Shown: positions 9,884 through 24,000 of the stretch, in pieces
Position numbering within the stretch: position 1 is the first letter of the stretch
Layout: every line of letters starts with the position of its first letter
Assembly: GCF_001949145.1 (NCBI RefSeq)
Contig: NW_019091356.1
Location: 1,240,789-1,304,788, forward strand
DNA from: Acanthaster planci
Lineage: Eukaryota
DNA: 64,000 bases
Direction of reading: 5' to 3'
The notes under the pieces: model-generated
Databases searched by the model: none
The model's input: only the letters and a program-made list of their open reading frames with translations
Told to the model about the DNA's origin: nothing
Translations under genes and position numbers: made by a program

Positions 9884-12235
9884 TTCTTTTGAAAAACAAT
9901 AGATCCAGCTCACCTTTGTTGGTTTAGGAGTGGAGAAAACAAAGTGAGTGCTTGATAAGCCTCTTTAAAGAATGCAATGGAGACATAACATCTGGTGATG
10001 ATCCTTTGAATCGTAGCATTTTTTTTTCTTTTCCTAAAGGTTATTTCACAATATCATATCTTTCAGCGGCTTTTTGAATGATCACTACTCGTTAAGTAAA
10101 GTAAATAAATAACCATTTAATAACACCTCACTACAAATTCTTTATCGTGATTGACAAAGAGCCAGTCACATGATATTCTCTATTTTAGCCCGGTGCGACT
10201 ATAACCGCAGCAAGCAAAGTAGGCCCACGCGTGGCCATCGGGGTTGCTTGCAAATTGTGCTGGCGCGGCGCGCCGTCGCGTGCGAAGAACTTGCGCAACA
10301 GAGCTCGGTTCATATATTTTGTGAAGATGTAGTTTAGTAAAGGGCTGCTGCATTTTTAACAAATTTCCTCGCCAAATTGACGTATTTGTATATGTAGTTA
10401 GACCAGATTAATCAATTATAGCTAAAATCAAGCAAAATACGTGGGGACAATTTTATAAAACAAACATCGACTGCTTTATCTTCTGGTATAATAAAACTAG
10501 CTTCCCTCGGGGATCCATGGAGCATTCCATTTTTCATGTGGCGAAATAGTCAATATTTGTATAATATCATGACTTTTTAATATTATCAGATTATAAGCAG
10601 ATGTTCAGTGATAGGTTTGTGATTATCAAACATTTACATTTCAAGATATCTTCTTTTCTCTTCACTATTTGACGCCGTTATGAAAGTGTTTGCCCTTAAC
10701 TGTTTTTTTCACTTTTCAAGAAAGCTGTTGCGTCAGCCATTGAAGTAAGTGGTTGCAAATTGTGTTTTTTAATCTTTGTACGAACGTCGACACAAAATGT
10801 TTCTTTCAGTGGATCGTAATTTTTATCGCTTCGGTTTTACGCACCTGGCAAGAAAAGATAGCTCTCATAAATTTTCTAATTTGCTTAAATTTCAAACTAT
10901 TAAACTGATGTGTTGATAAAACTTTGTGATCCGCAGAACCAACGAGCCCTGCCCGTCGAAGTTGTAACACCATAAACATATGAGGGGTGCTGCGTTGCTG
11001 TTTTGGGCGCTGCCGTGTGATGCTGAAAGCATTAGATGGTTATGGAATGGAATAAATAATGAATATTATAGGCAAAGTGTGGTTGTATACCCTGTCAAGA
11101 GCATAATAACCCCCCCAAAAAAGAGAAAGTATATGTAAATACATAGTTATTTTTAGTGATACAACAGCTATGGGTTATGATCACCCATTGGTATGGGATT
11201 TGTTTCAGTGGAAGGGTTCATAGTAAATTTGCGAGGAAATGGGATAAGTTGGGCGCATCGTGAACGGTGCACCATACAATTTCAGACATCTCTCTCAAAT
11301 AAAGTTTTTTATTCGGTCTGAAGGGCTATATGGTTACATGAGGAGCACACAATTCTGTCCGAGCTCTTTTCACTTTCTGATTTGGTTTCAGATGAAACAT
11401 TGCAACGGTGAACCATGAAAAAAAAAGAAAAAGATGTGAGTGACTCTCCCTTTTTCAGTTGAGGTGGTGTATGTTTGTCTCACTTGTGGTATGTGGGACA
11501 CAGACATACGAGTCTACTTGTAGTCCATGTTCCACCGGAGGGAGAGAGATCCTTGTTAAATTGTCAAGTATGGTGCACGGTAGGCCTAAACTTAGAAGTA
11601 GAACACACACCGTGTGAGGACTCAAGACAGTTACGCCATCCTATCCTGGAGGAAATAGGGGATCATGGAAACCAAGGACGAATCGGGACAGACGCGGGTG
11701 GTTACGATCTGTTCAGACCATATTTGAAGAATTTCAAACTCTGCAATTCTATACTTTTCAATACAATTCACGTCAAAACGCTAAAATGTCTCTAATTTTC
11801 ACAACAGATTTGAAAACTGTTGACTTAATTGCCTGCCAAAACAATGCATCCTGTGTGTACGTGACACATAGAATATCACATTGACATAAATAATCCACGG
11901 GATCTGTGTCTTTTTTTCATATTATGCAGTGCATCTTTGGGGAGTCAGTCTCGTACAAAAACCAGGCATCGGTAGAGGGTTTTACCTGACAATTAACGAT
12001 ACCTCAGTGTTTGTTACACAAAAGACACTGTTGTGCTGAAGAAACTCTCGGGAATTAATCCCCCCCCCAAAAAAACAAAGAATGAATGAAAAGAAAAACA
12101 TGCCTGTGATATCAGATGCTAGCTTAGGAACGAAACATGTTTAGAGATTCCAACCTTGCTGAATGATGAGAGAGCCCGAGGTTATCGAGAATAATTGTCA
12201 AAAAGTGTAACATTGTGCATGTATTTGCAAAGTGT

Positions 12236-12298
12236 CTAGCGCCCTCTAGCTCTGTAATTTTGTAAGCGTAATCAAAATGGCGACCAGCAGAGGGCTTC
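12236..12298. promoter_or_regulatory. Divergently oriented pair of CTCF-like motifs with a YY1-like AAAATGGCG between them
   Basis: Minus strand gagctagagggcgctag (12252-12236); plus strand CCAGCAGAGGGC (12284-12295) matches CCASYAGRKGGC. Confidence 0.4.
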
Positions 12299-12968
12299 AC
12301 GCACGCACGGATTTGCAAGTTCCAAACGGTATTTATTAGTTCTATTTTACATACAGGTTGTACGAATTACGATTCTCCCACAAATAGATTTAAGCACATT
12401 AATCAAATTAGACACACATGTACATCACAGCGTGAGTTCAGTATTAGGACGCGATGACGTTGATTGAATTCAATTCATCGTCCATTCTCGAACATGTTGA
12501 TAGCAGGCTAGGCCTGAAATGAAATCGAAGTGAAGGGCCAGCGGAGAGATTTTACTTTAATACCTCCAATTTTTTGCCTTTTTTGCTGCACCATAGCTCA
12601 AACAGACATTTGGACATACAAAAGATTGCCATTTAAACTGAGCTAGGTCTAAATATGGATTTGCATAATTTAAAAGGCGTTGGGACCTGTGGGTGATGGA
12701 CGCAAATCTACTTCTTTTCTCAGAAATAAGCATAATAAAAGTATACCTATCCATGATATCAGTTTGTGTTTTTTTTTGGAAAAGCGTAACCAGTGATATG
12801 AGGTATATAGGCATTTATTTTAGTGGCCGGGTATTTATCAATTTTGATGCCAATACTGACAGGGAACCCATACAATATTGTGTTATAATTACCAAATTTG
12901 CCCTCTGAAATAGATTCAGTACATGGTCTGGTGGTAATAGTAGCTAAACATGTTAAGTACAATGCTAA

Positions 12969-13008
12969 CTTTGAGCATGGAGGTAGAATTCTACCTCCAT
13001 GCTTTGAG
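12969..13008. mobile_element. 26-bp perfect palindrome flanked by a 7-bp target-site duplication (P-element-like footprint or micro-MITE)
   Basis: ctttgag [catggaggtagaattctacctccatg, 12976-13001] ctttgag. Confidence 0.7.
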
Positions 13009-13163
13009 ACCCGGGCTCCATGCCTTTGCTCGACTGTCCTGGGCATTTTGTAATTTTTCCCACTTGTGCCCCCCCCCAAAAAGTGCACGATTATCCTTTT
13101 ATTTATAATTGATTTCTATAATACATTACAGGATATTTCTATTTATTTTCTTGATTATAGCTC

Positions 13164-13358
13164 TTGAGAGAAGGTCCCAAATTGCACTAATTCTAAATTC
13201 CATTTCGTAAATATGATGTCAGCATCACCACCATCTGGTTGCTGGTGATGCTGACATCATATTTTCTTTTTTTTTCCTCAATATTTTGTTTTGAGAGAAG
13301 GTCCCAAATTGCACTAATTCTAAATTCCATCTCGTAAATATAATGTCAGCGTCACCAT
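13164..13358. repeat. About 67-bp direct repeat (period 127) interleaved with a perfect 22-bp inverted repeat
   Basis: ttgagagaaggtcccaaattgcactaattctaaattccat... at 13164 and 13291; aaatatgatgtcagcatcacca (13209-13230) pairs with 13243-13264 around a 12-nt loop. Confidence 0.85.
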
Positions 13359-14259
13359 CAACCAGATGCAGATTTGCAGTGTTAAAATTTCTGAGGATCC
13401 AAAACACTTACAGAAGGTGTTCATGTGCAACAGCAAAATCATATCGGGATCATGGACCAGTCAAATATCAAGGATTCTGAGTACAGAGTTAAAACTTGTT
13501 TAGTAAATTTTGTTTAAATTTCATTTCTTGCAGAGCCAATCGTCTACAATGAACTCGCAATTCGTACCAACATGTCCATATTGTCGTACTGGTAAGGGTC
13601 TCGCCTGCTCTGCTGTTTAACTTGGATGTCCCACTTTGGTTTAATATGTACCAATTAAGTGTATTCCAAAAATCATTGCTTCAAAAGTGAGAAGTTGAGT
13701 ACAATTGGAACATTTCATAGGTGTGCCCACAGTCCACGTACTTGTAAAGATGGTCCTTTTTTTCCAATTTCATTGCCTGGCTGGGAGAGAATACATGTAA
13801 GTCTGCCTGACGGAAATGGTTCTGTGATGAATCCACACTTCCTTCTGAAATGGTTCTCTTTCTTGCCCTGTCATTTGCCTGTCCTGCTTGTACCACTCTC
13901 ATTTGTCTATTTAAAACAGGAATTAAACATACTCAACAAAATCCAAGGGAATATTGAATTACAAGAGATGTTCATGAAAGTATTGACCGTGTTTCATTCA
14001 TCCTGCTGAGCTTCCCAGTTGTTACTATTTATCAATGGCTTCATATGATTTACCAAGGTTCACAATATGCCATACTGAATAAAACTGGTAAGCTTCCTTT
14101 TAAAAACTACACATTTAAGGGTGTACATGATGACATAATAATGGCCCATTCGTGTTGAGTTCCTTGCGGTTTCTATTCATGATAAGGAACTTTTACTTGT
14201 ATTAGATAGCCCAAAGCCAGTCTCCCAAAAGTTCATGGTCTCATAAGTGCGCTCACTGC

Positions 14260-14412
14260 TCCTTAAATATCCACCCTTTTCCTTCTGTTCTTTGGTACGA
14301 CAGTCGCACCTTTGTGTCGGCCCTCTCGGGCTCATCGGCAGGGATTCTGGGATTGACGGGACTGGAAGGGTTCATTTTCTACTTCATTGTCTCGTTTGTC
14401 TTCTCCGTAAGT
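14260..14412 (+). other. Possible non-coding leader exon of Gli
   Basis: TATA-like cttaaata near 14262, GC-richer stretch, consensus donor gtaagt at 14407. No coding support; assignment to Gli is inference. Confidence 0.25.
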
Positions 14413-17400
14413 ATTTTTCACCTTTATTTGTCCCATGTGTGATTCTTATGCTGTAACACTCCGGAATGGGGTTATTAACACACTATATATTCTATAGATA
14501 AACCATACCACATGCCCTGGATTCTGACTTTTGACTGTGATCGGGAGTTACGAATCCTAACCACTTGACTACCCCCCCTCCCTTCCACTAACAACCATAA
14601 AATCTTTACCTTACCTTTTTCCGCGATGGCTCTGGTAGCTTATGCTTTGCGTGAAGGCCGGGCGTAAATGGCAGGAATTCTTCCGTCACAGACAACCCTT
14701 GGTTACCAGCGGGCTGTTAGGAGGACTATTTGTATCCTTTCAAACGATATAAATCTCGTGCGTAGAAATGCCTCCCTATCTTCAATTGGTTGCTTTGACT
14801 CTTTGGGTGATTATAATGAGGATTCTGGTTTGCATCTGTTTGGCAAATACCGCTGAAATATTATCTTGAACCACTCCTTTCCAGCATAAAAAGGACCATT
14901 TAAATAATGTCAGTAACATGAAATTTATATATTTTGTAGCCCAACATTACAGATCAGTATAAATAATTGATATATTCAGTATTTCCCGGAAATGTTTTAT
15001 TGTAACCATTAAAAAATCCAAGGGGAGGGGTTGACACCTACTGCAGACCTGCTTACCAGCGTTGCGTTGAACCAATGCCAAATAGAACAGGGTGAAGTAA
15101 CTAAAATTTAGTTGCATAGATTTTGTTTTTAGACAGGTGTCACGGCAGCTGGAGATTAAATTGGGCTGCCCCTGGATTTTGGGTTTCAAAAGGGCAAATT
15201 GTCAAATTACTCCCTATCTACATAAATTGGCATTGAGTTCAGCTGATGAGACCAAGGCAATATGGGGTTGTTCTGAAAAACTGCACAATTGGATCTTTCC
15301 AAGTCTTACATGGGTAGTCACTCGTAATCCAAATTTCAGGAAAAATCTAGTTTGACATGACTTCGGTGTGCCAGTCTGAACTTGGTTTTAGTCGTGTTCT
15401 TCCATGTTGTGTAAAATGTGTGATTCATTCTTGCCTTTTTACTTTCCTTAACCTTCTTGCTTCAGACTTATGTACTGTTTTGGACGTATCCTTTTTTACT
15501 CAAATATGTTCGAGTCTGAGGAAGATGTGGGAGAGAATTGTGGGTGGGGCGTAGTGATCAATGGGAGGGGGGAACAACTTCAGAGAATAGTAAGTTATCC
15601 TGTTTAATTTACTTGCTTGGATTTGATATAATAGATCTGATCGTCTCAGTTTTGCTTATTGCCTCGTTCCAACTTATGCAGGCTTGTGCACTTGTTCCCC
15701 ATTTCAAAGTCTGTGACTGTTTCCATAACTAGTTATTTTTTTGGCAGATTTCTCTACGGGATGGTCCATGTGTACTGACACCAAATCGATGAGACCATTT
15801 CAAGCATACTTCACCGGAATTAATCACAGCACAGGTATCACAGGTGGTTTCCAACATCGAGGGGAGAATTCAGTACTAGTGTTACTCTACAGATGTATGA
15901 GCGGCCTGACCCAAGACGCTTAAATTCACCTGAGTTCTCTTTTGAGTCACAAACTCTTATACCAAATGTGGCACAGTGGAAATAGGTCAGAGGTTTAATG
16001 CGCCCATCCAGATACATTTTACTGCAATACTTTGCATAATGTCAAATGGAAATTTTTTTTTTTCAAAACGAGGGAAATTTGAAGGCTTTCTCCCACAAGT
16101 GAAACTGAAGAACTCAGGAAATCTTGTCTGCGGGAAAAGTGTCTGCTCATTTATTGCTTCAGAGAACTGGGCGTAAAGTTGGTGGCTTTATTCCATGATT
16201 TTTTTGAAATCTGCAGTACCCTTGTGAAACAAAGACACGCCTCGTATCCAGATGGACTGGTGCTGATTTGTAATTTTAGGGAGGGATAAGTTATTGTTGT
16301 GATGTACCCATGAGGATGTCGAGAACAAGACATCCTGTCTGCATTGCATTATGAAAAGCACCAAAGACCATCTTGTGAGCACATGTAGGTAGCTCCAAAA
16401 TGTGTCAGAGCTGCAGATTTGTATCAATCACAAACAAAAGAGCTTTTTCTGCCGTGTGAGGCACAAACCTGTATCATTTTATGTTTTACTGAAAACTATT
16501 TTTTATGACTGATAGACGGCAAGATCCTTTCTTTAAGGGTTCTCTTACCATTTGTTTCATAAATGTAGATGCATGTGAGTTGTCATCCACAGAAGTTAAT
16601 CGGAAAAGTCTATAAAAATACCCATTTGTCTATCTCACAATAAGCTCTATGCATAATTTTGTAAAGAGACTGGAAAAAGGACGGTTGTTACTTGTTCTCA
16701 TTTGTCAAAATCATGATGGTATTGATTTGAATGTTTTGTGAGAAATATCCCTACAAAGAAGGAAATGAGAATGATTACTCTTTCGGTACAGTTTTCAATG
16801 ACGAACATAAAAAGCATAGAAATTGTTTTTAGACCAATTTGGCTTTAGTCGGTATATGGTATCTTTTACATGTGTTAATTATGTAAATGATGGACATTAA
16901 AAAAGGACGGTGCAATTTTCCAGGTAAAACAATGTGTCATGTGTGTATTGTACGTCCAGATTGTTCATGAAACATTTGATGCTGAACAGCTTAATGTGTG
17001 TCAAGGACTGAAAAGATGCACATGTCTCTCATAATGTTTATGAATATGTAAAAAATTGGTAGTTTACAATGTACACTGGAAACAAGCTAGGTTGACATTG
17101 CTGTAGCAATCCTACAGTAATTGAATATCTTTTATTAAGTAAAAGCCTGTCAAATTTATTTTTAAAATAGTCACTTTTAAAAGCACTTCATCTGAAGCGC
17201 AATTATTTCCAAATTTTTATCATTGGAGCTTTCTTTTCTTCACTGAGCTAGGAGTGACAAACTTCAAGGCTGTTGATTAAGTAATTCAGAAAATGTCATC
17301 TTCAGTAACTGAACTAGTTTCAGTCGTTAGTCATCGGCTGCACCTTTAAACTTGCCCGCATTCCAAATACCCAAACATTTTAGAAATTTTGAAATTATTT

Positions 17401-17579
17401 GCAAAATAAAATGTTTGGAAATTCCACAACCGTGTCAAAACACTGTCGGCAGACAGCTCGACATAATGAACTGGCAAGATTTGGGATGTATCGCATGGTT
17501 TCGCCAGAACTGCAGGTCTTTTGTCTTTCTCGTCTGTCATTACATCGAGGTCAAACTTGGACCCTTCTCACTCGACGAG

Positions 17580-18054
17580 GCCAGACGGACTTCATTAAGG
17601 CTGCCGGCTGGTCCGCAAACACCCCTAAAATGAATAATGGTAGAATCCAATTCGGGCGCAGCCCTCCATTTTTTAAACATTATTGCAGCAAACTTGATGC
17701 AGAATATTATTTCCATCATCTCGGTATTTTTAGTATGAATGATATTTGTTAAAATTTGACAAAAGTGGGCCAGTAAAACTTTTGGTAGACGAGTCGATTT
17801 TGTACATGTGGGGTCTCAACAGCGCGATATTTGATACTAGTGGAGATAAACTGAGCTGAAGGAATGTGGGATAGCGCGAGAGTGTGTGCCCGTGCCATAC
17901 CGTTTGTATAATGTACGTGTACATATGTCTACGGCATGGTGCACGGCATGGTCTGGAACTCGGAAGGCAATGGATGAAGAGGCAACTTTGTAGCTGATAT
18001 GACACTTTTCCGTCCATGAACAATCATTTCACACAGGATTCTGTAAAGGTAAGA
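17580..18054 (+). other. CpG-rich segment ending in a strong donor (AAG|gtaaga at 18049): possible Gli promoter or 5' UTR exon
   Basis: Local CpG enrichment compared with the CpG-poor intron-like DNA that follows; strong donor consensus. The Gli ATG exon has its own acceptor, so an upstream exon is expected. Confidence 0.35.
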
Positions 18055-21000
18055 ATTTCTAGTTTCCATGGGGTGTGTTTGCCTAGCTTGGCCGATGAGT
18101 ACGACGTGCAATGAGGGATCATGGAAACGTAGAATTACCGATAATCCACGGGAGAGAGGACGAACTTTCCCCTCAAGCCGTCCTCTGGAGCGTGCCCTCC
18201 CTGCTGCCGCTTTCTCGTTAATACGCGGTACGACGTGTGCATGGCAGTTAAAAGTTGAAGGCAAATGGAGGGCTGATCATCAGTAGTGGAAATAAGTGTT
18301 GTTCTTCCCCATATAATGAACTTTGTGTGGTAATATTCGGCATACATCTTGTTACTTCATGAACTGATTAATTAAGTTCAATGTTTATTTGAACATGGTT
18401 TGAACTACTTATTTGTCATGAGTGTTATGATTTTTTGGATTAGTCACTTGTAACTTGTCGTGCTTGTAGCATGTGGTAGCCCCTAAAGGGCCTAATGTGT
18501 TAAGTTTTTGAATGTAGCTCTTGGCCTAGCCTGCTGGAAGAAGCTTTAAATCATTTCAGAAAAGGTCTGAACTTCTTGAAAAGTAAGTTTGCAGTGATAC
18601 AGTTTCGGCTGAAAATTGATGGAGAAACTGAACGGCATCACGAAGTTAAAAACATGCGCACATTCACTTTCTAGCCTGACAGTTTCACAGAATTATGCAA
18701 ACTTTTAATTGAAAATGTCAGAGACAGAATAGTAAGGTTCCATACAATACATGAAAATCATTCATTTTCCCTTATAGTGGTTTATTTGCCATCAGAAAGT
18801 GATAACACAGCCTAAAACATCAAATGTTTCAGGGAAAGTATTGAAGCATTTTCTTAGAAAACAGTTTTTCAGACCAGTCTCGTAGGGTTTGTGCACAGGA
18901 TGTTAAGTGATATGTCCAGATATGGAATTATTTTCAACAGAACTGATTGATAATAACAGGAAGACACAAATTTTGAGTTTCTCAAAGAATCTGCTGGTTC
19001 TCTTCTGTGGATTGAAATTCTAGCTGACCCTTTTTATGATGCAAGGTCATCCCATACTAGCGTGACCTCTGATGATAGGCTTTCTACAAGGGGCCCCTCA
19101 CATGGATGGGGATAAATCCCCTGCTCCACCAGAGGGGGCTTTGCCCAAATTAGCATGGTCCATTATTTTCAGCTTCCTCCTGGCATGGGGCCCTGCCCGG
19201 ACCCTGCCTTTTATTTCACAGGTGTCAGGGAGCAAGAAATTGAGAAAGACATTCATTGAATAGACCTGTCCTTTCTCTATGATATGACCAAGAGATCGAC
19301 GAAAGTTTCATGGCAAAGCCCAGGCATTGAAGAAAGGACACAGTTGTTTCTGAATGTTTTGTGCAGATGGTTTGATTTTTAGTGATGAAACAATGGCAGT
19401 CATTTGCCATTGTGCAAAGTCAGTGGAGACTGAGCGTGTACTTTGTGCCTTAATTTTGATAAGATTGCAGTGTGTGGCAATGAACTATACGCATTATTGT
19501 GTTTGCTGAATGTAAACTGGAAGTTGATTGATCTAATGAATAGCAAGCTTGATCCAAAAATCAGCAGTGAGAAGTTGACTTCACAAATAGTCACTGCATG
19601 CTGCAGCGTGCACCAGTCCGGTGTAAGTACATGTATTTGTGTACATTTTTGTTATGACATTAGGTTCTCTACTGTTTGTGGCCCACTTGTTTCAAATAAA
19701 CCCAGACGGTGGGTGAAGTTACAAACAGGCTCTACTCACTGGAGTAACCCAAATATTTATACAACAGGTGAATGGCCAGTTTCCGTTGACACTTTCAGTT
19801 TCAGCGTGCTCTCACCTTCACTGTCTGGGGTGTGTAGCACAGACTTCTGGGTATGACTTTTTCTCTTGGCCTGTCTTGATGATGTTTACTGCTGAGCTGC
19901 AGCCTAAAGCCCGGGAGCTCCAGCAGGCAAGAACAATTTGATTTGATCGTGTTATGATTTTGTTCCCTCTCAACTGCGGGTCGGTCGGGCCTGACTTTTT
20001 TTTTTCCAGTCTGGAATATTGTGTTGCCTAGTTGGTGCCTTGTTGACAAAGCTTGTTTGGCTGTGGCTGTGGCACAGCTGTTGGTGGATGATGTCACTGT
20101 GATGTCACAGTTATTTAAAGGAAAGCACTCTGTGGTGTCCTTCATGTTTTTAGGAGAAGATGGCAAGTTTTTATCACTGAGATTCTTGGTTGTTACATTG
20201 TTAGTTCAAACACTCATGTGCCTGAACTTTGAACAGCACAGTGTTCTAACTTTACAGTTGAGAACTTCAGTGCCTTTTCTAACAGATATGTTACTGTTTT
20301 TGTGTTTATACACTAGATCATGAGTTGGGTAAAGCGAGTTTGTAATTGGTTTTGTTGTATGTTGTGATGTGTAACCCTGGGTCCATGTTCGTCTGGTTTT
20401 TATCCAAGTATACTATACAGATAGCAGACTAGCTCAATTCCTTATTGAACAAGTGCGCCCATTGTTGAAAATTTGCAGTTACATGTACTTAAGGGATCCA
20501 ACTAAAGCTTGCACATTACAAATCTTGTCTTATCCCCCTCTGCTGAAATATGGTCACATACCAAGTACCAGCATGCTGTAACCAGTAATTGGCAGAGGTG
20601 TTAGGGGTACCACACGTCGGCCCTTTAAAAGCAGTGAGAGCGAGCATACATGTGTGTGCCCAGGAATGAGGATCAAGGCCAGGAAAAGTATCAGAAGTAG
20701 GTGGGGAGGTCCCTGGGGCCTTGTATTTTTGGTTCCACTTCACCTCTTCTCGGTTTGTAGGGCTGTAAAAACTTCACTGGGGCCAGAGAGTCTGGAAGTA
20801 GTATTCTAATCTGGGCGACATCATTATTTATATTCAGTGGTTTTGTTTTAAGTTGCTGAATGCCATAGTAAATAAAATACGACACTACCATTTTATTATT
20901 TTTTTGTTCAAAGTGCCCTATGTTAACCCTTTTTTATCAGGATTTCAGCATACCACTACCAACATACCGACAAAATACTGTGACACTAGTTCTATCCTCC

Positions 21001-24000
21001 TAGCATTTGTACATTTGCTTTGGTATTTCAAGCTTCACTCTTCCTTTCTTGACTTGAAACTTTTAAAATTTGTTGTAAAGGTGCGCACAGTTTAAATTTA
21101 CCGGTGGTACCCGTTTGCCCTGTCTGCTTTGCAAGTAAACAACCTTACATGTACATGTACATGCTCTGAGTTTACATGTAGGGCCTACATGTACATGTAC
21201 ATGGTGCCAAGGCTCTACAGTCACAATCCATAAAAAAACTCATAAAAATAAGTATTTTGGATTTGATTGGAAAGTTGTTACTTTAAAGAAGGTCACCAGA
21301 AGAAAGCACTTGTACACTGAAGGGATTTTTTTAAAGTTGTTGCTGTTATCTGCCTTAGATTTTTCCCATTCGTTGCACGTGCTTTTACCCATTTTAGCAA
21401 TACAATACGCACACTGCCATTATTTTCAGGTTTGTCATGTGAAAGAATGCACAAAAGTTGAAACATTTGAAGTCTTTAACTTTATCCGTTGACATCCAGC
21501 AGTTTAATCCTTATATCCCTTGTCAGGCATGCAAGTTTTCCTTGGATCAGCTGATTGCCTCGTTTTTCACTTCATGCTCATACCATTCACGTATGTTCAC
21601 CCAGCACTGTCGGTGTATCAATTTAGTTAATAAATGGGATTGTATGGGGTGGCGCCTGACAGGGGTAGCCATAATCTGGTCCTGTCTGCTGTGATGCGGC
21701 TTTGAATTTTAATAAAAAGAGGCAGCGGTGGAGAGCCGTAGCCAGTACATATTTGTGCATGCCGTAGTCTCTCATGGAGACACCACACCGCGTGTTGCCA
21801 ACATTGAGTACAACATAAACCGTTGAAAATATTTCTTGTTGGGGTTTTCCTGAAGATATATCCCACATGTATTTGTAACGGATGTTTGTAGTGATACACA
21901 TGATAAAGCCAAAAGTGCAAAAGTTTTTAAAAAGAGATATTGAGCCATTTCATGCAACAGCGTCATTAGAAGCGAGTATCATTCCTTGACATATCATTAA
22001 CTGATTTTTGTCGACACCATTAAACCCTACTAAATTCTACAGTATTCGAATATCAACTGGACTTTCAGTTAAGCAATGTATTGCTGTGACAGAGTCTCGT
22101 TAAGATTGGAATTTCCTTGTTTATTGTCAAAGTCCAAGTTACATACATGTACCTGCCTTATTCTTCTGGACACTTCAGTTAAAGCATTTTTGTAAATCCC
22201 CATATATAAAAAAAGTGGCTTTGCATTTTTGCCTTCTGTGGTCAGAGACTGTCAAATTTATGCCTCATAAACTGAATTTTGAGAATGCATTTGGCCACAA
22301 ATATGTGCAAGAGAAGAGGCTCATACAATCAGAGATGTTCTCTTGCTTGAAATATTACAGAGCTCGGAAGCAGGTGAAACATGTTTGTCAGTAGTGGTTG
22401 GTGGAGATGGAGTGGGTCATGGAATTTGTTTAATAACATAAAAAAAAAACAAAGATTTCTCTATCACTGAACTGGAAAAGGGCAGATATACTGTAATCTC
22501 TTTATCTGAGGAGTAGCTCCTACGGAAGATATCAATATAAATATATGTTATTCAAGTTAACCTTCTACGTACATGTAGTATATTAGCATTTAGAAGTAGG
22601 ACAAGACTGGATGCATGAATATAGAATGAGTGTTTCTGGACTGGAGGCATTGGCCTCACCCTTGGGAAGAATAAAATTCTTTCTTAGAATGATGCCGAGA
22701 CCCTAAAATGTTTATACCATTGTAATTTATGAGGCAATCTCTTCATATCAACAGCAGCAAATATTGAAATAGCAGTGTTTCCTGTTTTATCCAGCTGCTG
22801 TTTGTTTTTATTGATGTCATATTGACCACATTTTTGCATTCCAAACTATCTACTGCTGCATCCCCATTAAGTACGGCCACCATATTGAAGGGTGCTCGGG
22901 TGAACAAATACACAATGTACAACACCACTCTCCTGTTGAGTGACTTCTTAGAGGGGAGAAAAAATGCATGCATGCCTTTACAATACAAACTAGACAGCGA
23001 AGAAGAGAGAAGCTTAGGCCATTTCTGGCGTGAATTGAATTCCATTGGTCAGCCGTTTTCTTTCTTTTTTCACCCCTTTCATTGGTTGAACCTCATTATC
23101 TCTTTTTCACCCTTTCCCCTTTCAGCCCCCTGGGGCTGTCATGGCCCAGCAAGCAAATAACCCCCCATTTGTCCAGTCTCAACCCTGCTCTGCTCCTCTC
23201 TCTATTCATCCCTTTACGGGCTCCCTTTTCATCCAGGCTCGGACACAAACAAGATGCAAATCCTCCTGAAGCTGTAATATTGTGCCAATCCTTTGGTTTC
23301 ATTGTAGTCGAATTAAGACCCCTTTTTAGTCTGTTCTGTATCCCCCCTCCCATTTAACGCTCTTTTTTTTTTCTTTTTTGAGAAACAGGTCATGTTTCCT
23401 CTAATAGAGAGCAGTCTTTACGGTCTTTTAATGTACAGTGAGTGAGGATTTGTTTTCTGACAGAAATAACTTGAGACGAACACTGCACTGTAAACGGAGC
23501 TGTCCGTAGTTTACATACTATGTGGATAAATGAATGATTGACTCACTCAAAATTTACCCCTCCCGTTCTGAGAAGTTGTTGACCCCTCCAAAAAAAACCC
23601 CAGCATCTTGCGGTACATCCTTCCTTGGATTTATCTACAGCAGGTACCTGTGAAATTGTCAAGTGGTGTCCTCTTCAATCGTTGGATTGGGAATATTCGG
23701 AATGTTCTACAGGTATGCTCTTGCAAAGGTATTAGTTAAGGTAAGTCAGTGTGGTTGGTTGTACCAGTAAATGTTGAACACCTACATTAGTTTTGCTTTC
23801 AAGATGTTCTTTATCTAGTGAAGGAGAGTTTGAAAGTGAGGAACACGTTGGCGTTTGGCTGAGTTGTCTGCCCGTAAGTTGTACTTTTAAAGCCCGTTTC
23901 GTATCCAGTGTGTGCACTCGCTGTCTGTTTTGGTACAGATTTGTGATTTTTACTTCCAGTTTTAACAGTTCAAGGAAAGTTGATATCTGCTGTTGAAACT

